Shown: positions 1 through 7,559 of the stretch, piece by piece | Layout of the letters: every line of letters begins with the position of its first letter | How positions within the stretch are numbered: the first letter of the stretch is position 1 | DNA from: Candidatus Latescibacterota bacterium | GTDB lineage: Bacteria; Latescibacterota; UBA2968; UBA8231 | Reading direction: 5' to 3' | Assembly (NCBI GenBank): GCA_965203355.1 | Contig: OZ241889.1 | Coordinates: 4,061,523 to 4,125,522, forward strand | Length of the DNA stretch: 64,000 bases | The notes under the pieces: model-generated | Database searches by the model: none | The model's input: the letters and a program-made list of their open reading frames with translations, nothing else | Told to the model about the DNA's origin: nothing | Made by a program: the position numbers and the translations under genes

Positions 1-726
1 AAGGGCCAGTGCGGCAATCCGCCCGCCGCTGCCCATGCTCAAGCGCTCGATTTGAACATCCGCGGCCTTGAGCATGGCGTCGGCGCGGCCTACGACCGAG
101 GCATAACCAATGGTCTCTATGAGACCCAAGGCCCCGGTGGAGCGCGGCTCGACCCTTGGCGCAGGCGGCAGCAGCGGCCCTAGTCCTGCGCTGGGCTGAG
201 GCAAAACGAGCGTCGCGTACACAGTGCCGCTCCGCTCGGCTGCTTGCCGGCCCACGGCTAGCGCGGTCTGCACGGCCGCCACATCGCCAAAGATCGGCGC
301 GTGACACAGCGCACCGCCGATGAAAGCCCAACCCCCTAGCTCCACTTGGGCGGCCTTGAGCATGGCGTCGGCACCGACCACTAGCGGCGTCAGGCCCTGC
401 GTCTCCAACAAGCCAATCGCCCGCGGCTGAATCTGTTCGGCGCCGAGGCCGGCGGCGTGGGGCATGGCGTCCGTAGCGCGTGCATCCGGCCGCGGCACCA
501 CGCGCACACCAATCAGTTCGCCGGTGCGGCTCGCCTCGACCTCGCCGACGCGAATGGCCGCTTCTACATCAGCCACTTGGCCGACGATTACGGCGGTGAG
601 CCAACCCGAACCAATGCTGTGCCGCCCGCAGATTTGCACCTCAGCGGCCTTGAGCATGGCGTCGGTGGCAGCCATCAGCGACGCCATGCCGCGCGTCTCC
701 AGTATGCCGATCGCGCCGCTAGACAC
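1..726 (-). CDS. BMC shell protein with three tandem BMC-type domains; C-terminus runs off the window
   Basis: Absent from the ORF track because the frame is still open at position 1. Hand translation of the minus strand from GTG 726..724 gives VSSGAIGILETRGMASLMAATDAMLKAAEVQI..., then AIGLLETQGLTPLVVGADAMLKAAQVEL..., then ALGLIETIGYASVVGRADAMLKAADVQI.... I checked all 242 triplets and found no in-frame stop. The GTG overlaps the TAG of the upstream gene (GTGTCTAG). Confidence 0.75.
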   Translation of the reverse strand, partial: MSSGAIGILETRGMASLMAATDAMLKAAEVQICGRHSIGSGWLTAVIVGQVADVEAAIRVGEVEASRTGELIGVRVVPRPDARATDAMPHAAGLGAEQIQPRAIGLLETQGLTPLVVGADAMLKAAQVELGGWAFIGGALCHAPIFGDVAAVQTALAVGRQAAERSGTVYATLVLPQPSAGLGPLLPPAPRVEPRSTGALGLIETIGYASVVGRADAMLKAADVQIERLSMGSGGRIAALAL

Positions 727-1303
727 CGCCCCCTCCCATCGGCACGGCGTACGCGGCCAAAACCTCGGGCCGCGGCTGTGGGATCAGGCCCGTGCTCAGC
801 AAGTGCTCGCCGCCCGCGAGCAACTTTTGCGCGACAGCTATGGCTTCGGTAACGGCCCCTACGTCCCCCAAGACGAGCGAACACACCACGCGGTCGTGGA
901 CCGTCAGCACGTTGATTACTTCGACGGACGCTGTCTTGACCATCTGATCGTTGGTGTGAATGTGAGCCCCGTAGCCGCGCGTCTCGACCCATCCCAAGGC
1001 ACCCGCGGGAAAATCGCGGTCGGACCGGACCGGAAAATCGACGAAATGGCGGCAGGCGGCAGCAGGTTGGTGAACGGGCGCGGCCACCACGTGTTCTATC
1101 ACGCCGCGGGCCGCTTCTTCGCCGCTTTGCAGCGCGGCCGCCACCGCGCTGATCGATCCGGTGAGAAAGGCCGTGGTATAGCCGCCGATGGACGACCAAC
1201 CCGCGAGTTGCACCTCCGCGGCCTTGCAAGCCGCATCCGCACCCACAATGGCCGCGGCCACGCCCTGCACCTCGATCATACCCACGGCCGGATCGCCCGC
1301 CAT
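719..1303 (-). CDS. tandem two-domain BMC shell protein
   Basis: 194 aa with two BMC-domain signatures: AVGMIEVQGVAAAIVGADAACKAAEV... and ALGWVETRGYGAHIHTNDQMVKTASVEV.... Tightly packed in the shell-gene operon. Confidence 0.85.
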   Translation of the reverse strand: MAGDPAVGMIEVQGVAAAIVGADAACKAAEVQLAGWSSIGGYTTAFLTGSISAVAAALQSGEEAARGVIEHVVAAPVHQPAAACRHFVDFPVRSDRDFPAGALGWVETRGYGAHIHTNDQMVKTASVEVINVLTVHDRVVCSLVLGDVGAVTEAIAVAQKLLAGGEHLLSTGLIPQPRPEVLAAYAVPMGGGGV

Positions 1304-1306
1304 AAC

Positions 1307-1753
1307 TCAGTCCGCCAGCCGGTGAATTACTAGCTCGGTAATCTGCTCAACTAAGGCTTCTGGATCGGTGGCTCGGCCCTGCTCAATTTGTTGCAAAAGC
1401 GTCTTGTAGCGATTGCAGCCCTCGCAACTCGCCTCAGAGTCGCCCTCCTTCTTGCGCTGGTGGACGGCGCAATCGCTACAGCGCGTTGGCTCGACATAGC
1501 CCGAGCCAAACTCCTCGTGCTCGCAGCCACAGGCGCGGTCGGGATGCTCGCACCGGCCCGCGTCCGCATCGGCTTCGGCGGGCGCACCGACCGCGCCGCG
1601 GCTTAGCTGCAAGCGGTGCTGGCGGATGTAATCCCAAGCCGTCGGCGTCAAGATGGCGCTGGGGGCTAGGCAGAGCGTCCGCTCGCCCTGGTGCTCGCGC
1701 CCGAGCAAATCGCCGGTGACGACCGGAGCGTCAATGTGCAAAGCCTTGGCCAC
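1307..1753 (-). CDS. Cys-rich hypothetical protein embedded among BMC shell genes
   Basis: 148-aa ORF with 3-4 nt gaps to the shell genes on both sides. It has 8 Cys, including C-x7-C-x-C, C-x2-C and C-x2-C. The C-terminus is amphipathic (EALVEQITELVIHRLA). No family recognised. Confidence 0.6.
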   Translation of the reverse strand: MAKALHIDAPVVTGDLLGREHQGERTLCLAPSAILTPTAWDYIRQHRLQLSRGAVGAPAEADADAGRCEHPDRACGCEHEEFGSGYVEPTRCSDCAVHQRKKEGDSEASCEGCNRYKTLLQQIEQGRATDPEALVEQITELVIHRLAD

Positions 1754-1757
1754 CTAG

Positions 1758-2021
1758 CTAACCAAGGTGCTTTGTCAGCCCCTCAGTTGGGCGAGGAATC
1801 ACGTGGACGCTGCGCAGTTCGCCAATGCGCTGAGCCGCTTGCGCCCCGGCATCCACAGCCGCTTTAACCGCCGCTACGTCGCCTTCTACCAGCACGGCAA
1901 TTAGGCCACTGCCCACGCGCTTTTGGCCGACATAGCTCACGTCCGCCGTCTTCAACATGGCGTCGAGGGCTTCGACAACGCAGACCAAACCCCGGGTCTC
2001 AACCATACCCAATGCTTTCAT
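1758..2021 (-). CDS. BMC-H (single-domain hexamer-type) shell protein
   Basis: 87 aa. MKALGMVETRGLVCVVEALDAMLKTADV...VHVIPRP is a typical PduA/CcmK-like domain. Confidence 0.9.
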   Translation of the reverse strand: MKALGMVETRGLVCVVEALDAMLKTADVSYVGQKRVGSGLIAVLVEGDVAAVKAAVDAGAQAAQRIGELRSVHVIPRPTEGLTKHLG

Positions 2022-2034
2022 TATGGCTCTCCTC

Positions 2035-2595
2035 TTACAAGTATAGCGCGACGAGGTCGTCGTGGGGGCGGGGAATCACGTGCTGCGATACGAGCTCGCC
2101 CACGCGCTCGGCTGACTCAGCACCAGCGCTAACCGCCGCTTGCACCGAGCCAACGTCGCCGCTGACGATGGCGGTGATGTACCCGCCGCCGATATCCTGC
2201 AACTTGACGATCTCCACATCCGCGGCCTTGCTCATGGCGTCGGCCGCTTCGATCACGCCAATGGCCCCCTTCGTCTCAATGAAACCCAAGGCGCGGACGC
2301 GGCCATCGCGCTCGCCGCGCTCGCCGCACTCGGGTACGACGGTCGTTAGCTCGCTGTGCGGGCGGGGAATCACATGCACCGAATGCACCTCCCCGACCTT
2401 GGCCGCCGCGGTCGAACCAGCATCCACGGCCGACTTGACAGCCGCCACATCCCCTGAGCAAAACACAGTCACCAAGCCAGAGCCGACTCGGTCCCAGCCC
2501 AAAAGCTGGACGCTAGCGGCCTTGGCCATGGCGTCGCCAGCCTCGACGACCCCGACCAACCCCACGGTTTCTACCATGCCTATTGCATCCGACAT
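2035..2595 (-). CDS. tandem two-domain BMC shell protein
   Basis: 186 aa with two canonical BMC domains: AIGMVETVGLVGVVEAGDAMAKAASV...HVIPRP and ALGFIETKGAIGVIEAADAMSKAADV...HVIPRP. Confidence 0.9.
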   Translation of the reverse strand: MSDAIGMVETVGLVGVVEAGDAMAKAASVQLLGWDRVGSGLVTVFCSGDVAAVKSAVDAGSTAAAKVGEVHSVHVIPRPHSELTTVVPECGERGERDGRVRALGFIETKGAIGVIEAADAMSKAADVEIVKLQDIGGGYITAIVSGDVGSVQAAVSAGAESAERVGELVSQHVIPRPHDDLVALYL

Positions 2596-2632
2596 CCCTT
2601 ACCTCCTGAAGTAATTGTGCGGATTTTTGCGT

Positions 2633-3304
2633 TCAACGCTCCAAATATACCTTGCGGGCGCGGACCAAATCAATCGCATTGCCCTCGTCCGTATCAATGT
2701 GAACTTCTAGGCGCTCGCGCGCGCTGACGCGGCAGATCAGCCCTTCCAACACCCCGCCCTGATCGCCTTCTACCACTAGCCGCAACAAGTCGCCCGGACC
2801 AACCCCGTAGTACGCCGCCTCGGCCGGGTTTAGATGGACGTGGCGAGCGGCCCGAATCACCCCGTGAGCCAACGCTAGCCCCCCAGCCGGTCCCACTAGG
2901 TAACAACCCGGCGTCCCCTTGATGTTACCGCTGAGCCGCACCGGCGCATCAATACCCAAAAAGCGGGCATCCGTAAAGGCCAGTTCCACTTGGTTGTAAT
3001 CGCGCAAGGGGCCGAGGATGCGGACCTTGGGAATCACCTGCTTGCGCGGGCCGAACACCGACACGGTCTGCTCGGCGGCAAAAGCACCCTCCTGGTACAG
3101 AGCCTTCTGCACGGTCAACTCGGCACCCGCGCCGAAAAGCGCGTCTAGCGCCGTGCGATTGAGGTGGACGTGGCGAGCAGACATGTTGACGACCAGCCTC
3201 GGGGCTGGGGGCACCGGCTCTAGCTGCGCGTCGGGCAGATGCTCGTACACCACCCGGCGCACGAGCGTCTCAATCTGCTTGCGGTCCAATCCAGCCGCCG
3301 CCAT
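2633..3304 (-). CDS. pduL: PduL-type phosphate acyltransferase
   Basis: 223 aa with the duplicated PduL motif (NMSARHVHLN and RAARHVHLNP). N-terminal amphipathic segment KQIETLVRRVVYEHL. Confidence 0.85.
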   Translation of the reverse strand: MAAAGLDRKQIETLVRRVVYEHLPDAQLEPVPPAPRLVVNMSARHVHLNRTALDALFGAGAELTVQKALYQEGAFAAEQTVSVFGPRKQVIPKVRILGPLRDYNQVELAFTDARFLGIDAPVRLSGNIKGTPGCYLVGPAGGLALAHGVIRAARHVHLNPAEAAYYGVGPGDLLRLVVEGDQGGVLEGLICRVSARERLEVHIDTDEGNAIDLVRARKVYLER

Positions 3305-3307
3305 CGC

Positions 3308-3622
3308 CTACCCTTCGCGGCTCAACTGCCGACAGTCGAAGTCCTTGCCCATCGCCTGTAGCGAATCGACGATCCCGACGATTACCGCGTCGGTCGGCAC
3401 ATCGCCCAAGTTCGGGGCGATCCGCGACGAGCTGCCCTGCACCAAAATCACCAACTCGCCCTGGCCCGCTTGCACCGCGTCAATGCAGACCATATCCCGC
3501 CCCGTCAGCACCAATCCGCGCTCGCGCACCGACGCGATTTCGACGACTAAGAGCTTCTTGCCGTGCAGGCTTGGGACCTTGGCCGTGGAAACCAAATGCC
3601 CTTTGACTTGGCCCAAGAGCAT
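3308..3622 (-). CDS. BMC-P pentamer (EutN/CcmL family) vertex protein
   Basis: 104 aa. MLLGQVKGHLVSTAK..KLLVVE..IDAVQAGQGELVILVQGSS..DAVIVGIVD matches the EutN/CcmL pattern. Its ATG overlaps the upstream TAA (TAATG). Confidence 0.85.
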   Translation of the reverse strand: MLLGQVKGHLVSTAKVPSLHGKKLLVVEIASVRERGLVLTGRDMVCIDAVQAGQGELVILVQGSSSRIAPNLGDVPTDAVIVGIVDSLQAMGKDFDCRQLSREG

Positions 3623-5049
3623 TAGGCGATGCGGAAGTAGTCCACCAGGGCGCAGCGGCGCTGGCGCGTAAAGGTGCGCGGCGACGTCAGCCCCTCGCCC
3701 GTCGGCCCGGCAATGGAGTACGTCCCAAAGCCCTCGCCGCCCAAGCCAACCCCGGCATAGGAAGGACCATTCTTGACGAAAATGGTGGTATCCACGGCGC
3801 GAGCCATGTTGTGCATGTTTTCGATGTTGCGCGAATGAATCACGGCCGTGTGTCCGTAGCCGTGCTCGGAGATGACGGCCTCGCGGATGGCTTGGTCGAT
3901 GGTAGGTACGCGCACGATTGGCAGAAAGGGCATCATCTGCTCCTCGCGCACGAAAACGTGGTTGGCGTCGGTTTCGCCTATGAGCATCCGCAGCGACGAG
4001 TCGAGCCGCAGGCCGATGCGCTCGCCCAGCACCGCCGCATTGCGCCCCACCAACTCGCGATTGGCCGCGAGAGGTCCGGCCGGCCCTTCGACAAAAGCCA
4101 CCTGCGAAAGCGCATCGAGCTGCCGCGCATCGAGCTCATAAGCATTGTACTGGACCATCAACCGCTTGAGCTCGTCGGCAATGGCCGCGACGGCAAAAAC
4201 CTGCTTCTCGCCAATGCAGAGGATGTTGTTGTCGAACCCCCCTCCGTCGATGATGTCGCGCGCAGCCTTGGCCAAATCCGCTGTTTCATCGACGACCACC
4301 GGCGGATTGCCCGGGCCGGCGACAATGGCCTTTTTGGGGCTGCCCAGCGCGGCCTTGGCCACGCCCGGGCCACCAGTGACCAGCAGCAGGCGGATGTCTG
4401 GGTGGTTGAACAACTCATTGGCCGTCTCAAGGGTCGGATTTTCGACCGCGGTCGCCAAGTTGGCCGGCCCGCCAGCCGCGACAATCGCTTGATTGATCAA
4501 ACCCACCGCGAACATGGAGACCTTGCGGCCCGCTGGATGTACATTGAAGACGACCGAGTTGCCCGCAGCGATAATGCAAATGGCGTTGTTGACCATCGTC
4601 GGCACGGGATGCGTCGATGGGGTGACCGCGCCGATGACGCCGTAGGGTGCCATTTCGACAACGGTTAGCCCGTGGTCGCCGGTCCACGAAGTCGCCGCTA
4701 AATCTTCGACGCCGGGCGTGGTGTCGGCCGCGACTTGGTGCTTGATGATCTTGTCTTCGAGCCGCCCCATGCCCGTCTCGGCCAAGGCCCGCCGCGAAAA
4801 TTCCTCGGCGTGGACGTGCGCTGTCTGCCGGATGGCCGCGACGATCTTTTTGCGCTCCTCCAGCGACAAGGCGACCAATTGCTGCTGGGCGCGAGTCGCG
4901 CTTTGGACGGCCGCGTCAATCGTCGCGAAGACCCCGGTGTCCCCGCCCTCGCTGCCGCTGACGACGCGCTGCACCACTTCTTCGACTATCTTGCGGACAT
5001 GTTCTTCGCTGACGTTTTGGGGCACGCTCTTTTCCTCGCGTTTGTTCAA
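3622..5049 (-). CDS. CoA-acylating aldehyde dehydrogenase (PduP/EutE-like)
   Basis: 475 aa with an ALDH fold and catalytic Cys context NNILCIGEKQ. It is the first visible gene of the BMC operon. N-terminal amphipathic extension EEHVRKIVEEVVQRVV. Confidence 0.85.
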   Translation of the reverse strand: MNKREEKSVPQNVSEEHVRKIVEEVVQRVVSGSEGGDTGVFATIDAAVQSATRAQQQLVALSLEERKKIVAAIRQTAHVHAEEFSRRALAETGMGRLEDKIIKHQVAADTTPGVEDLAATSWTGDHGLTVVEMAPYGVIGAVTPSTHPVPTMVNNAICIIAAGNSVVFNVHPAGRKVSMFAVGLINQAIVAAGGPANLATAVENPTLETANELFNHPDIRLLLVTGGPGVAKAALGSPKKAIVAGPGNPPVVVDETADLAKAARDIIDGGGFDNNILCIGEKQVFAVAAIADELKRLMVQYNAYELDARQLDALSQVAFVEGPAGPLAANRELVGRNAAVLGERIGLRLDSSLRMLIGETDANHVFVREEQMMPFLPIVRVPTIDQAIREAVISEHGYGHTAVIHSRNIENMHNMARAVDTTIFVKNGPSYAGVGLGGEGFGTYSIAGPTGEGLTSPRTFTRQRRCALVDYFRIA

Positions 5050-5161
5050 TATTAAGAATGGGGAAAATAGGCGACCCCAATCCGAGCGTCAAGGTTATTT
5101 GACGGGCTGCCAGCCCGGCCTTAAGGTTTGTGCAAGTGCTGGAAAAACAAAGGAGAAAGAC

Positions 5162-5965
5162 ATGCGCATCATCCGCTTTATCGACGCTGACGACACCGTC
5201 CGGTGGGGCCTCGAAGCCGAGGGAGGCCAAGCCTCTGTCCTCGCCGGCGATCTCTTCGCCGAACTCGTGCCCACCGGCGAACAAGTGTCCGTCAAAAGAC
5301 GGCTCGCTCCGCTGGCCCCGACTAACATTTTCTGCATTGGGCTAAACTACCGCGAACACGCGGCCGAATCCGGGCTCGAGCCGCCCGAACAGCCCGTCGT
5401 CTTTGCCAAGCCCACGAGCGCGGTCTGCGGACCGGGCGACCCGATCCTGCTGCCAGCCTGTTGTCGCCGCGGCCCGGAAGTTGACTACGAGTGCGAACTC
5501 GCGGTGGTGATCGGCAAGGCCACCCGCAACGTGGCGCGAGCCGACGCCCTCAGCTGCGTACTCGGCTACACGTGCGCCAATGACGTCTCGGCCCGCAAGT
5601 GGCAGCTAAACGGCGGCGGCGGCCAGTGGATCCGCGGCAAGGGCTTTGACACCTTCTGCCCTTTGGGGCCGACGCTGGTCACTGCCGACGAAATTCCCGA
5701 TCCGCAAACCCTCGGCATCCGCACGATCCTCAATGGCGCGACCATGCAGGACCACACCACCGGCGATATGATCTTCACAGTCGCTGAATTGATCGAATTC
5801 CTCAGCGAAGATACGACCTTGCTGCCGGGCACGGTCATTCTCACCGGCACCCCGCAGGGCGTGGGTTTTGCACGCCAACCGCCCGTGTGGTTAGCGGCCG
5901 GCGACGAGGTAGTCGTGGAAATAGACCAGATTGGCTCGCTACAAAACCCGGTGCAAGCGGCCTAA
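5162..5965 (+). CDS. fumarylacetoacetate hydrolase (FAH) family protein
   Basis: Inner ATG of track ORF 4718..5965; the upstream part of that ORF is antisense to the ALDH gene. AAAGGAGAAAGAC precedes the ATG. 267 aa starting MRIIRFID.., with FAH motifs CIGLNYREHA, VDYECELAVVIG and GTPQGVG. Confidence 0.8.
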   Translation: MRIIRFIDADDTVRWGLEAEGGQASVLAGDLFAELVPTGEQVSVKRRLAPLAPTNIFCIGLNYREHAAESGLEPPEQPVVFAKPTSAVCGPGDPILLPACCRRGPEVDYECELAVVIGKATRNVARADALSCVLGYTCANDVSARKWQLNGGGGQWIRGKGFDTFCPLGPTLVTADEIPDPQTLGIRTILNGATMQDHTTGDMIFTVAELIEFLSEDTTLLPGTVILTGTPQGVGFARQPPVWLAAGDEVVVEIDQIGSLQNPVQAA

Positions 5966-5968
5966 CGT

Positions 5969-6289
5969 TTACTCTTCCTTGAACATCCCGAAGGCAAAGG
6001 CTTCGGGTAGCTCCTCAAAGATGATCTGCCCCTCGTCGTCGGTCTCCAGTAACTGGGCCATGTAGTCGTACCACTTTTCTAGGATGGGAACTTGGCGGCT
6101 CTTGAGCCAGTCTTCTTCGGTGGGGGCCACCGCGTGGATGACGAGGTGTTCGCCCAAGCGGTAGATGGCCATGCTGACCTCGTTGTCGGTCATGCTGTCG
6201 GCGATTTCGGGCCACAGATCGTCGTGGGCCTGTTTGTACTCGGCGTACGCATTGGGACGCAACCGCATGCCCAAACCAATCGAATACAT
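5969..6289 (-). CDS. rhaM: L-rhamnose mutarotase
   Basis: 106 aa. MYSIGLGMRLRPNAYAEYKQAHDDLWPE.. and the size match the RhaM/YiiL family. Confidence 0.8.
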   Translation of the reverse strand: MYSIGLGMRLRPNAYAEYKQAHDDLWPEIADSMTDNEVSMAIYRLGEHLVIHAVAPTEEDWLKSRQVPILEKWYDYMAQLLETDDEGQIIFEELPEAFAFGMFKEE

Positions 6290-6846
6290 AATGATCTCCT
6301 CAATTGTTAGGAATCACGCGCCGTTTGACGCAGATTGACTGATAAATATGCGAATTAATTAAGAGATATTCAGAAAATGACGTAAAGTTCTTTTTTTTCG
6401 GTTCGTTAGCCATTTTTTCCTTGACAATATATCACCTTGAAAGTGAAACTAAAAGACAGTCAAAAACCGTGCAAAGCAAATTGCACACCACCATAAAAGG
6501 AGGGCTGCAAAAAATGATTATCTTCGCACAGCGATTCTCATGTAGTCTCAGGAGCCGATTCCCCAGTGGGGGCGGCCATACGGTCCCCAATATGCGGGCC
6601 ACGAACAGCATCCGCACGTTGCGCGTTCGTCCCAATCCCTAGGATACGCGCACGACTCTTCAGGTTGTGTGCATCGGCTGGCTAAAACGCCCAGCCGAAT
6701 CGGGAATTCACCTCGCATTCGCAATATAATCGTCTCGGGCGATTGACCGCGTGTGCAAGGGCTTTCCCACGGGTTTTCGGGACTGCGCTTTCGAGAAGGA
6801 GGGCACTTTTGCGTCCCGGAAACCGGCGATACATCGAATTCGATCC

Positions 6847-6869
6847 AGCCGCTTTCCAGCGGCTTTTTT
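6847..6869 (+). terminator. intrinsic terminator candidate
   Basis: A 7-bp stem (AGCCGCU/AGCGGCU) with a UUCC tetraloop, followed by a run of T. Confidence 0.5.
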
Positions 6870-6873
6870 GATG

Positions 6874-6903
6874 GCCGTGGCGCAAAAATGCTGCGGCTTT
6901 TTT
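6874..6903 (+). terminator. second, weaker intrinsic terminator candidate
   Basis: Imperfect hairpin GCCGUGGC..GCUGCGGC with two G-U pairs, followed by TTTTTTGTTG. It lies directly after the first terminator. Confidence 0.35.
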
Positions 6904-6956
6904 GTTGAATTTCGTCGAACTTCGCACCAATTGAAGATCTGGAGAGAAAACAACTC

Positions 6957-7214
6957 ATGCGCAAAATCGAGCCAGAACGCATCAAGCGCGCGGCACGCAT
7001 GTACGCGAGCAACCAAGAGGCCAGCCGTGCGCTGGGTATTGCGCCCGGCAGTTTCAGCCGGCTCTGCCGGCTCTACAACATCGAGACTCCTTATGCGCGC
7101 AAACGGCGGCGGCGCGAGGAATTTGGCCGCCAGCGCGACGCCGATCTCTTAGAGGACATTGACCTCGACCTGCAAGAGATCAAGGCGCTAGAGCGGATAC
7201 TCAACCTCAACTAA
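6957..7214 (+). CDS. small HTH-like protein, function unknown
   Basis: 85 aa. Helix-turn-helix-like segment SNQEASRALGIAPGSFSRL, then a basic patch (KRRRREE) and an acidic tail. A strong terminator follows. Confidence 0.5.
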   Translation: MRKIEPERIKRAARMYASNQEASRALGIAPGSFSRLCRLYNIETPYARKRRRREEFGRQRDADLLEDIDLDLQEIKALERILNLN

Positions 7215-7240
7215 TAGGCATCGCATACCGCGCTCGGCCA

Positions 7241-7288
7241 GCGGGGAGTTGGCGGACGTTTTCGTCCGCTAGCTCTCCGCTTTTTTTT
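7241..7288 (+). terminator. rho-independent terminator
   Basis: An 18-bp hairpin (GCGGGGAGUUGGCGGACG-UUUU-CGUCCGCUAGCUCUCCGC) followed by eight T. Confidence 0.8.
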
Positions 7289-7393
7289 ACGCCGTGCACG
7301 ACGAATCTTTTGAGGGCCATCGAGGGCCGTTGAAGGGAGACGGGTGGTGTGAATCTATGTTGAGGAGTTTTGTTTTGTATATTTTCTGCTAAG

Positions 7394-7517
7394 AAGCGTT
7401 TTTAAAATTTATCTTATTGCCCTTTGCGTTAAAAAATAAACTAGTAGCAATGGAATATCGCCCGCGGAAAACGCCCGACCGCCTTTGCAGCGGTCGACGA
7501 GAGGTTTAAAAACGCTT
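7394..7517 (+). repeat. MITE-like intergenic repeat, copy A
   Basis: Perfect 13-bp terminal inverted repeats: AAGCGTTTTTAAA at 7394..7406 and TTTAAAAACGCTT at 7505..7517. The core CTAGTAGCAATGG..CGCCCGCGGAAAACGCCCGA is shared with copies at 26540 and 43415. Confidence 0.6.
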
Positions 7518-7559
7518 TTCTAAAAGGAAATTCTGCACACTTCGGAGGAGAGGATTGCC

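Noticed and set aside
4718-5161. Upstream extension of the FAH gene ORF (the track gives 415 aa).
   Set aside because: The extension is antisense to the aldehyde dehydrogenase gene. An internal ATG at 5162 with a purine-rich RBS gives a normal-length FAH protein.
6421-7016. Track ORFs 6421..6642 (plus), 6548..7012 (minus), 6708..7016 (minus) and 6751..7152 (plus) as protein genes.
   Set aside because: They overlap one another, carry no recognisable motifs, and the minus-strand ones run through plus-strand terminator hairpins. Only the inner 42-codon ORF with a strong SD (6514..6642) is mentioned, as a low-confidence possibility.
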